This document shows positions 18,281 to 25,323 of a stretch of DNA of 26,479 nucleotides, piece by piece. The stretch's first letter is position 1. Every line of letters starts with the position of its first letter. The position numbers were made by a program, and so were the translations under genes. The DNA comes from Candidatus Peribacterales bacterium (GTDB lineage: Bacteria; Patescibacteriota; Gracilibacteria; Peribacterales; Peribacteraceae): the NCBI GenBank assembly GCA_020059985.1, contig JAGVCI010000103.1, forward strand, positions 1 through 26,479, written 5' to 3'. The notes beneath the pieces are model-generated. The model was not told the origin of the DNA. It searched no databases and saw only the letters and a program-made list of their open reading frames with translations.

Positions 18281-19635
18281 GCAACGGCGGCAACTTCTTG
18301 GAGACTGAAACTTCGCATGAGCGATTGAAATTCTCTCGGGATCCGATGATCCGTGGATGGCTTGAGCGAGCTCTCGATCTTGCGCATTGGATCATTGACC
18401 AAAGGAAGGACATCTCTCACGAACATCTGCATCGCCTTGGTGTCTTCCAGATCTCCACGCTTGTGCGCAAGGAGGAACGCTGCCTTCGTTTCCTCTGGTG
18501 TGCCGACACACTCGAACGGTTTATGCCCCTGTAGTCCGAGGAGTTCGCGGTAGAGCGTCTGCGCTTCTGGGGCATCGAAGGTCAGTCCTCCGAAGATCTG
18601 TGTGAGCGTCTCGCGAGGGAGGAACGCGGCGTAGAGCGCGAAGACGAATGCGGTTTTGGGATCAGAGTGGACCCAGAGGTTCGCGGGTTTCTCTTCGAGG
18701 ATTCTCCAGTTCGCGTTGCAGCTCGTCGTGACGGCGAAGTACTGGGGATAGTGCGTGAAGAGCTTCGCGATTCCTAGTTCCGAGAGCGGCCGGAGCAAAC
18801 TGAAATAGGAAAGATCTGGCGTGATGTAGTCCTTCACGTACTCCTGGAACATTTCTTCGAATGCGAGGCTCTTACTCCACTGGTGATTGATCACACGGCC
18901 TTTCCATTCCACATTTCCCTCCGAGGCGCTTCGCTCATTGCTCATGATCACCGCTTCAAAGCCGTACTGGAGTGCCACGAACGTTGCGAGGAAGGAGAGG
19001 TACGCCGTGATCGGCACGTGGCCGTTGAGTGCTCCTTCTTTGTTGAGCTCAAAAAGTTTCGCCGAGAGTGTGCGTTCGACGGTGATCACGGGGAGACCGG
19101 TGACCTTCACCGCTTTATCGATCAACGGATGACTTCCCATCCGCAGAAGCGTCACGTCGTAGCCCGCTTCCTTGAGGAGTTCTATCGTTACGATGGAATC
19201 TTTTCCTCCGCCGATCGGGACGAGAACGGATCCCTTGCGAATGTCGCGTCCGGCTTCTGCGTGTCCGCCCATGCGGGTGATCGGGAAGCGCACGAGACCA
19301 GTCGGATCTATCTGATTCTTATAGAAAAATTCTCCGAGCCCTTCGGTGTAGACGGTGTTCCAGAAGAGCGTCTGTCCTTCGCTCAAATCTCCGGACTGCA
19401 CATCCATCGTTTTTGGGCAGCACGTTTTGTAGTAGCTCGTTCCTCCTGCCAGGTGGAGTCCGAGGAGCGCTCGATTCGCGAGCCGTTGCGGGACCGCGAC
19501 AGGGGAGAGATTTGTTTTGATTTCGAGCGTTTCGCGAAACCGGGTCTCACCGTCGAGCGTGTATCCTAGGTCGATCCGATTGGCCCGCGGGTCATAGCCG
19601 AAAGACGAGAAGACGAATGTCTTATGCTGCTCCAT
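18277..19635 (-). CDS. murL: MurL-like UDP-MurNAc-L-Ala-L-Glu epimerase (PP-loop/QueC-like fold)
   Basis: GGGKDS PP-loop, GALNGHVPITA, MSNERSASEGN, NHQWSKS, FSLLRPLSEL, SCN and GHKPFECVG; translationally coupled to a MurD2-type ligase. Confidence 0.82.
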   Translation of the reverse strand: MEQHKTFVFSSFGYDPRANRIDLGYTLDGETRFRETLEIKTNLSPVAVPQRLANRALLGLHLAGGTSYYKTCCPKTMDVQSGDLSEGQTLFWNTVYTEGLGEFFYKNQIDPTGLVRFPITRMGGHAEAGRDIRKGSVLVPIGGGKDSIVTIELLKEAGYDVTLLRMGSHPLIDKAVKVTGLPVITVERTLSAKLFELNKEGALNGHVPITAYLSFLATFVALQYGFEAVIMSNERSASEGNVEWKGRVINHQWSKSLAFEEMFQEYVKDYITPDLSYFSLLRPLSELGIAKLFTHYPQYFAVTTSCNANWRILEEKPANLWVHSDPKTAFVFALYAAFLPRETLTQIFGGLTFDAPEAQTLYRELLGLQGHKPFECVGTPEETKAAFLLAHKRGDLEDTKAMQMFVRDVLPLVNDPMRKIESSLKPSTDHRIPREFQSLMRSFSLQEVAAVA

Positions 19636-19709
19636 CGAGTGGTCAGCATACCGTAAAGAACGCTCTGGGAGTTAGGGTTTGATTGTGAATTATTGTACGA
19701 TGGGCGCGA

Positions 19710-19722
19710 GCCATGGTGGCGG
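19710..19722 (+). repeat. Truncated copy 1 of the tRNA-Leu 5' end (GCCATGGTGGCGG)
   Basis: 13/13 identical to 19876-19888. Confidence 0.75.
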
Positions 19723-19742
19723 TCCTTCGACCGGGCTCAGGA
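19723..19742. repeat. REP-like imperfect palindrome TCCTTCGACCGGGCTCAGGA
   Basis: Terminal TCCT/AGGA inverted ends; begins exactly where tRNA copy 1 stops. Confidence 0.6.
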
Positions 19743-19786
19743 CAGCTCTCGTGATCATTCATTCAGGTCTTTCTGTCATTGCTCAA

Positions 19787-19839
19787 GCCATGGTGGCGGA
19801 ATTGGTATACCTGCCTGCCGGCAGGCAGGCGCGCACGAC
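19787..19839 (+). pseudogene. Truncated copy 2 of the tRNA-Leu 5' half, interrupted in the D arm by a 20-bp perfect palindrome
   Basis: GCCATGGTGGCGGAATTGGTATA (22/23 match) + CCTGCCTGCCGGCAGGCAGG + CGCGCACGAC (10/10 match); the anticodon and 3' half are missing. Confidence 0.8.
19810..19829. repeat. Perfect 20-bp palindrome CCTGCCTGCCGGCAGGCAGG (REP-like)
   Basis: The sequence equals its own reverse complement. Confidence 0.85.
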
Positions 19840-19875
19840 GAAAACTCGTTAGAATAGAATTACGATCTTTCTTAT

Positions 19876-19962
19876 GCCATGGTGGCGGAACTGGTATACG
19901 CGCACGACTCAAAATCGTGTTCCCTCACGGGATTGTGGGTTCAAGTCCCACCCATGGCACCA
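19876..19962 (+). tRNA. tRNA-Leu(CAA), CCA encoded
   Basis: 87 nt: acceptor GCCATGG/CCATGGC, anticodon arm CACGA-CTCAAAA-TCGTG, long variable arm, T loop GTTCAAGTC and 3' ACCA. Confidence 0.95.
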
Positions 19963-19990
19963 AAACACTGGCTTAAAGCAGATTGGAACA

Positions 19991-20018
19991 TTGACATAAA
20001 TAGAAATTAGTTTAAAGT
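19991..20018 (+). promoter_or_regulatory. Sigma70 promoter TTGACA-16 nt-TAAAGT, 6 nt upstream of ATG 20025
   Basis: Perfect -35 hexamer and a TANNNT -10 at leaderless spacing. Confidence 0.7.
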
Positions 20019-20024
20019 ATTTTC

Positions 20025-21611
20025 ATGTCTGAAAAGCAGGAATCTCCGCTAGAGAATCCAGAGAAAGCTGCGAGCTCTGACGTGGATGCTGAGGCACTTC
20101 TCGCAGATCTTGCTGACCTTGGGAAGCTTCTTCATAAAAACGGTGATCCACTCAAGAAGCAACTCGCGGACGCTGTTCGTGAAGTACAGACCGACTTACG
20201 TGTTACTCTTAGAGGAGAGCAGTTAGAAAGTGGGGCAGAAGTGCTCGCACAACTTCGTGAACGCGCACGTGTGCTTCGAGAAGAAATACAGGCGCTCGTT
20301 GATGCGAAAGAGAAAAAAGAGAAAGCGGAGACCGCGCGCAGAAATGCGCAAACGAAGCTTCAAAAGCTTTCCGAACATCCGCCGCAGAGACGGAAGATCA
20401 AGCCGAGTCGAGACCCGAAATGGAAAACCCCCACCGAAGACGAGCTCAATAAGGAGCATGAAACGGAGATGGCCGAGCACGCGAAGGAGATCCAGCGAGT
20501 GGAAGGGAGAATCGCGACGTTGAGTGCGGAAACGAACGCTGCGGATGCGCGATTGAACGAGATGCAAGCGAGCACGCAAGCGAGCATGCAGGAAACACTC
20601 GAGGCGGTGCAGCACACGAGTGCGTTTCTCCGTGAGCAATCGACACGACAAGTGGAGAGTGTGCCGCAGTCAAAAGTCACCACCCCCAGGCAATCGAGCC
20701 CCTTCGTCATCGATGTAGGTGCGGGATTCGAAAAGACGTCCATACCACCCTCTCCGCAAAAAAAAGTAGGGCTGCGTCTCACTTCGAATAAAGGTTTGGA
20801 TTTATCGTTTTCAGTCCCGCTTCAGGCCGAGTCTACTGTAGACCTGGCACAACTGGAACAAAGGGTGCTCGTTGTTTCGAGCCTGATGAAAGAGCTGCGT
20901 TCGAAGCTGAAAGATCCTGCAAATTTCATCAAAGATTTTGATGCGATCAGGAATGTGATACGCACGCTGATCGCGAAGTTGAAAGAGGATGGTGTGCAGA
21001 ATGAAAGCGATGCTCTCGCGGCGATTTCGGAACAGACATATGGGGCATGCCAAAGCAAAGAATGGAACCTGGAAGAAGGCTTTCTCCATCAGCTTTCCGC
21101 AGTAGGTTCGAAAAAATGGGACGAGGTAAAACGGATTATTTCCCACGAACGCCCCATCTACCCGACGTCAGCACAATTCAATCTGTATGAGAATATTCCG
21201 GACGCGGTTCCGCGCGTGGGAATCACGAAAATGAAAAAGCGATTTACGGAGTTAGAAGACGGGGAATTCGATCCCCTGTATGCCCAGGCGCTGAATCTCG
21301 CGGAGTGGTGCGCTGTGACGGAAAAAGAGCGATATGTTGCCGCTGGTCAGCAGTTTTTTGATCAATCAGTGCGCGAGCCGGCAAAGGACGCCCTGCACAG
21401 ATTGGTGGGGGTAATCCCTCCGAAGCGGGAAGGAAAACGAATAGCTGCCGAGCGTATGTATCACGCGGTTCTTACGGTGGAAGATCGCGCGGAAAAAGCG
21501 GAGACGGAATACCAGAGAGTCATCACGCAATTTTTCGGGTATCTTGCCGGGAAAAACGGGAATGCATTGCTGAAGCAATGGGAACAGGGCGGGTCGAGGA
21601 AGAAACGTTAG
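20025..21611 (+). CDS. Hypothetical protein with an N-terminal coiled coil (528 aa)
   Basis: Long ORF with its own promoter; heptad-rich E/K/A/L N-terminal ~200 aa; no catalytic motif recognised. Confidence 0.75.
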   Translation: MSEKQESPLENPEKAASSDVDAEALLADLADLGKLLHKNGDPLKKQLADAVREVQTDLRVTLRGEQLESGAEVLAQLRERARVLREEIQALVDAKEKKEKAETARRNAQTKLQKLSEHPPQRRKIKPSRDPKWKTPTEDELNKEHETEMAEHAKEIQRVEGRIATLSAETNAADARLNEMQASTQASMQETLEAVQHTSAFLREQSTRQVESVPQSKVTTPRQSSPFVIDVGAGFEKTSIPPSPQKKVGLRLTSNKGLDLSFSVPLQAESTVDLAQLEQRVLVVSSLMKELRSKLKDPANFIKDFDAIRNVIRTLIAKLKEDGVQNESDALAAISEQTYGACQSKEWNLEEGFLHQLSAVGSKKWDEVKRIISHERPIYPTSAQFNLYENIPDAVPRVGITKMKKRFTELEDGEFDPLYAQALNLAEWCAVTEKERYVAAGQQFFDQSVREPAKDALHRLVGVIPPKREGKRIAAERMYHAVLTVEDRAEKAETEYQRVITQFFGYLAGKNGNALLKQWEQGGSRKKR

Positions 21612-21627
21612 GAGCCCTTCGATAGAA

Positions 21628-23334
21628 TTAATCCATCTCCCAGAGTGCCACACGGATGTTCCAATCGGGCTCGAATGCCATCGTGGGTTTTGCGGTGTTC
21701 TTCCACGTGCCCTCCGCGAGCTTCATGGCGCGCTTTGCGGTCTCCTCCAAGATCTTCGGGAATTTGTCTTCCGGAATGTCAGACCAGTCGCACTTATCGG
21801 AGTGGAAGAGCATGGCGCCCGCGTAGCGGCTGATGAGGCTGATGAAGATCATGCTCGCGGTCGTAATGAAGCGCTCGTCCATGGTCTGGTCCTTCGTGCG
21901 GAACGACTCCATGTACTTCTGCACGTCCCAGATGTGGGCCATGGAGAGAATGGTGGCGACGCTGTCGCCAGCGCCCATGGTCTGTTCCTTGGCGAGGTTG
22001 ATTTTCTTCTCGGGATCGCCGAGCAGCTTGATCATTTTTGCCGGGCCCTCGGTGGTCTCGTCGGGGATAGAGGAGAAGATCGCGTACTTCTTTCCGTTCG
22101 GGTCGATCGCGACGTGATACCCGCCCTCTCGTCCGCAGCTGACACTCACGGGGAAGCGCATGTTCTTCGCTGCCTTTGGGTGCACGACGGAGAAGTATCG
22201 GCGGAACGAGGCCGTTACCTCACTCGTTGTTTGCTCGTGCAGCTGCCCATTCTCGTCGAAGGGTTTGGCGAAGGTGAGGACTTCCTCTTCCTCGGGGAGC
22301 CCGCTGCTGTTGGCGCGCTTGCCCTGTACTGCTTCGCGTCGCTCGAGTGCCTCGATGAACTTCACCATCTCTTCGTCGTTCATGCTGATGATGGGATTCT
22401 CTCCCTGGTTGAGCCTGTTGTTGTAGGTCTCGATCGCGCATTGGTCCCGGAATGCACTCGACGGATTTTGGAACTCGGTGTAGGTCGCACGGTCCTGATT
22501 GTTCTTTGCGAGGGGAGTAAGGCTTTCGGAGACCAGGGCGTGGTTACATTCGGCGAGCTTCGGAAAATGCTTTCCCATTTCACTGAGAGTGGAGTGCATG
22601 GGAGTGACGAGTCCGAGCGTCCCCTTCGATTGAGTCATATCGTTCGGATACTTCATGTGGAGGGCCTTGCGACTATCCACTTCGAGATACTTGAGGTGGA
22701 TGCGCTCCCGCACATCCTCTGGAACTCCTTCCATCCATTCGTTGAAGACGGGTTCGTACGTGGAGAACAGACGGACTTCCACATTCGTCGGCATCACTTT
22801 CGCACGCATTGCGTGCACGATGTTGCGGATCATATTCGGGACGTTGCCACCCGGGTCCACGCGACTGATGTGCATGAGCGCCTCGTGCAGTCGGATCGCA
22901 TCCGAAGCGTTTTCGTTGATCCCTTTTCCTCTGTACGACTGAGGCAGAGGGATTTTCATCTCCTTCAAATATTCGTCACCTTCGGCGCCGAGTCGGAGGA
23001 CGAGACCCAATTTATCTCCGATCTGGGTGTTGAGCAGGCGCATGCTGGCTGCCACTTTTTCCTGCTTCGGTCCCACGAAGTTTGTGTTTTTGCGCAGACT
23101 CAAGAGAAGCTGCTTCGCAGCGTCCTCGTGTTGCGCAACTTCTTCTGGGGTTGCCCTCGTCGGGTCCGGAAATGCTTTGTAGTCGACAACGTTCACCTGT
23201 ACTGCTCCGAGCAGCGGGTTATCGACGCTTTGCATTTCGTGCTTCTTACTCACAGGAGGGGTATTTGTAACAGAGAGCGTATGGGCAACGCAAGTGGCGC
23301 TTCCCACTGTTCTTTCTTTGGACATTGGAAACAT
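21628..23334 (-). CDS. Divergent ribokinase-superfamily (PfkB or ADP-dependent GK/PFK-like) kinase (start at 23334 or 23325)
   Basis: Motifs in the correct order: PGGNVPNM, ISMNDEE (NxxE), VSCGREGG and TMGAGDS (anion hole GAGD). Confidence 0.62.
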   Translation of the reverse strand: MFPMSKERTVGSATCVAHTLSVTNTPPVSKKHEMQSVDNPLLGAVQVNVVDYKAFPDPTRATPEEVAQHEDAAKQLLLSLRKNTNFVGPKQEKVAASMRLLNTQIGDKLGLVLRLGAEGDEYLKEMKIPLPQSYRGKGINENASDAIRLHEALMHISRVDPGGNVPNMIRNIVHAMRAKVMPTNVEVRLFSTYEPVFNEWMEGVPEDVRERIHLKYLEVDSRKALHMKYPNDMTQSKGTLGLVTPMHSTLSEMGKHFPKLAECNHALVSESLTPLAKNNQDRATYTEFQNPSSAFRDQCAIETYNNRLNQGENPIISMNDEEMVKFIEALERREAVQGKRANSSGLPEEEEVLTFAKPFDENGQLHEQTTSEVTASFRRYFSVVHPKAAKNMRFPVSVSCGREGGYHVAIDPNGKKYAIFSSIPDETTEGPAKMIKLLGDPEKKINLAKEQTMGAGDSVATILSMAHIWDVQKYMESFRTKDQTMDERFITTASMIFISLISRYAGAMLFHSDKCDWSDIPEDKFPKILEETAKRAMKLAEGTWKNTAKPTMAFEPDWNIRVALWEMD

Positions 23335-23422
23335 CCCAAAATCTTGCGTTTTCCGAGGAGATCAATCTCCGCGTCATACTGTTGTTCTCTCTCCCAACAG
23401 CGGATGTGTGTAGAGTACCGCC

Positions 23423-24211
23423 GTGCGCATCGCTTCTCTTTCTCCGGCGGCAACCGAGATCCTTTTTGCTCTCGGGCTCGAGAAGCAGATCGTGTGCACG
23501 GATCAGTTCAGTAACTTTCCGGAGGAGGCGAAATCACTCCCGCACGTGCGAGACATGGTGAAGATCAAGCCCGAGGATGTCTCTGAGTTTCAGCCGGACA
23601 TCGTTCTTCTTGGGACATCGATCCAAGAGAGATTAGCTGAGCATCTTCGAGCTGTGGGATTCAGTGTCGTGCACGACGATCCACGCACGATCAATGACAT
23701 CTATGTGTGGATCCGTTCCCTCGGTGCGATCTTCGATAGCGAGAAAAAAGCCGAAGAACTGGTGCGCTCGATGCAGGAGGGTTTCAACGATGTAAAAAGG
23801 AAAGCTGCGAAACTTCCGCGCAAGCCGCACATCTATATAGAAGAGTGGCCCGCCCTGCCCGACAGTTCGGGCGGGCATCAACCTCCTTTCGCGTCCGGGA
23901 ACTGGGTTCCTGAGGTCGCGAAGATTGCGGGGTGCGAGCAATTTCCGGTTCCGGCAGGGCACTTAAGCCCAGAAGTCACACTTGATCAAGTTGCAGGTTG
24001 GAACCCCGAGATGATTGTCATCAGTTGGTGTGGTGCGGGGTCGCTTGCGCAGAAAGAACTCCTCACGGACCGTCCGGGATGGGATGTCCTTGAGGCGGTG
24101 CAATCAGGAGCTGTTCGGGTGATCGATGATAGTTTGCTCAATCGTCCGGGACCGCGGCTCGTCGAGGGGGCGCAGCGGCTCTACGGATGGATTTTTGAAA
24201 AACTCCATTAA
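23423..24211 (+). CDS. BtuF/TroA-like (cobalamin/iron-siderophore-binding fold) protein lacking a signal peptide
   Basis: RIASLSPAATEILFALG, PDIVL, EEW...P....GNWVPE...IAG, P.MIVISWCG and LLNRPGPRLVEG; GTG start 6 nt after TAGAGT. Confidence 0.85.
   Translation: MRIASLSPAATEILFALGLEKQIVCTDQFSNFPEEAKSLPHVRDMVKIKPEDVSEFQPDIVLLGTSIQERLAEHLRAVGFSVVHDDPRTINDIYVWIRSLGAIFDSEKKAEELVRSMQEGFNDVKRKAAKLPRKPHIYIEEWPALPDSSGGHQPPFASGNWVPEVAKIAGCEQFPVPAGHLSPEVTLDQVAGWNPEMIVISWCGAGSLAQKELLTDRPGWDVLEAVQSGAVRVIDDSLLNRPGPRLVEGAQRLYGWIFEKLH
23849..23875. repeat. 27-nt palindromic in-frame segment CCCGCCCTGCCCGACAGTTCGGGCGGG (PALPDSSGG)
   Basis: CCCGCCC/GGGCGGG inverted ends with an inner GCCCGA/TCGGGC stem. Confidence 0.6.
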
Positions 24212-24262
24212 TCGATTTTTCGATTGAAGTGGGAGGCTCGCATTTCTACAATGCGGCACTTT

Positions 24263-24565
24263 ATGGAACAGGAATGCAATCATAGGCCGGGGCACACGTT
24301 CCTTGTTCGTGCCGCAATCGATCATTCGCGGCCGTCGAAAATGGATGACATGGTCACAGCTCTCACAGAGGCTATTGCGGATGTTTCCATGTTCTTGAGG
24401 TTGAGCCACACACACGTGCTCCAAGCAGGTGTGGAGCAGAATGAAGCCATCATCTGCGACGGCATCCATATTCCTGGCAATCTTACCGATGAGCAGATCC
24501 AAGAACTGACAGAGGCATTTCGGGAGCCTCTCGAGATTATGGTTGCAGAGAGTAGAGAAGCTTGA
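24263..24565 (+). CDS. Hypothetical protein (~100 aa; start uncertain, 24224/24251/24263)
   Basis: ORF filling the gap; TACAAT at 24247-24252 favours the ATG at 24263. Confidence 0.5.
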   Translation: MEQECNHRPGHTFLVRAAIDHSRPSKMDDMVTALTEAIADVSMFLRLSHTHVLQAGVEQNEAIICDGIHIPGNLTDEQIQELTEAFREPLEIMVAESREA

Positions 24566-24615
24566 TGACGAAAGAACCCACGCGTAGGCTGAGGGTACTT
24601 TCCCACCTTTCGCTC

Positions 24616-25269
24616 ATGATTTCTCTCACGCAGTTCGATGATCTCATCCGTTCGAAGAGTTTGCTGACCCACTACTTCTACGCACAGAAGTGGAACATGG
24701 GAGAGCTGACACTCGATGAGTTAAAAATCTACGCGAAGGAGTACTACCACTTGGCCAAGAGCGTACCGGGCATCGTGAGCCGCGTGCGCGATCGCGCAGT
24801 GGAGAGTAAGCCGGAGCTGGTCAAAGAGATCGAGAAGAACATTGTGGAAGAGACGGAGCACATTGCGCTCTGGAAGAGATTTGGGAAAAGTCTCGGCGTG
24901 AGTGAAATGGAAATGGATAGCTACGAGCCGAGTGCAACGGTGAAGAATGCGGTGACATCGCTCGAGACCCTCGCAGAATCGAGTTTGGATGCTGGAGTGG
25001 CTGCGGTCTACGCGATGGAGCTGGAACTCCCGGCTATCGCACAGTCGAAGAAAGACGGACTCTGCAAGTGGTACGACCTGCCAGAGGCGAATGCCGACGC
25101 GCACATCTACTTCGATGAACACTTGAACGAAGAGGAGCACTTCTCCGTCTGGCGCTCTGTGCAGATCGATCCGGTAAAAGCGAAGCAGGCGATCGAGTCG
25201 TCACTCGCTGCGCAGCACGCAGTGCTCGATGGCGTGTGTGATCGCTGCGGTTTCGACATGAAGTGCTAA
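24616..25269 (+). CDS. CADD/TenA/PqqC-like heme-oxygenase-fold diiron protein
   Basis: H.FY...W..GELT..EL..YAKEYY, NIVEE..HI.LW..F...LGV, AAVYAME...P.IA..K..GL and YFDEH...EEH. Confidence 0.82.
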   Translation: MISLTQFDDLIRSKSLLTHYFYAQKWNMGELTLDELKIYAKEYYHLAKSVPGIVSRVRDRAVESKPELVKEIEKNIVEETEHIALWKRFGKSLGVSEMEMDSYEPSATVKNAVTSLETLAESSLDAGVAAVYAMELELPAIAQSKKDGLCKWYDLPEANADAHIYFDEHLNEEEHFSVWRSVQIDPVKAKQAIESSLAAQHAVLDGVCDRCGFDMKC

Positions 25270-25305
25270 GTTCGTCGTCCGATCCATCATCGCTGCGATT
25301 TTGTG

Positions 25306-25314
25306 TGTTAGACT
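25306..25314 (+). promoter_or_regulatory. Extended -10 (TGnTAGACT) 9 nt upstream of ATG 25324
   Basis: TGTTAGACT followed by GTGTCTCCG and then ATG. Confidence 0.55.
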
Positions 25315-25323
25315 GTGTCTCCG

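Noticed and set aside
19710-19890. Three direct repeats with ~80-nt spacing as a CRISPR array
   Set aside because: The repeats are tRNA-Leu sequence of unequal length, the spacing is irregular and there are no cas genes.
19876-23334. Integrated element or genomic island at tRNA-Leu
   Set aside because: No integrase and no duplicated tRNA 3' end (attR) seen downstream in this window.
21802-23514. 570-aa plus-strand ORF
   Set aside because: Antisense shadow of the GC3-rich kinase-like gene; the motifs are on the minus strand.
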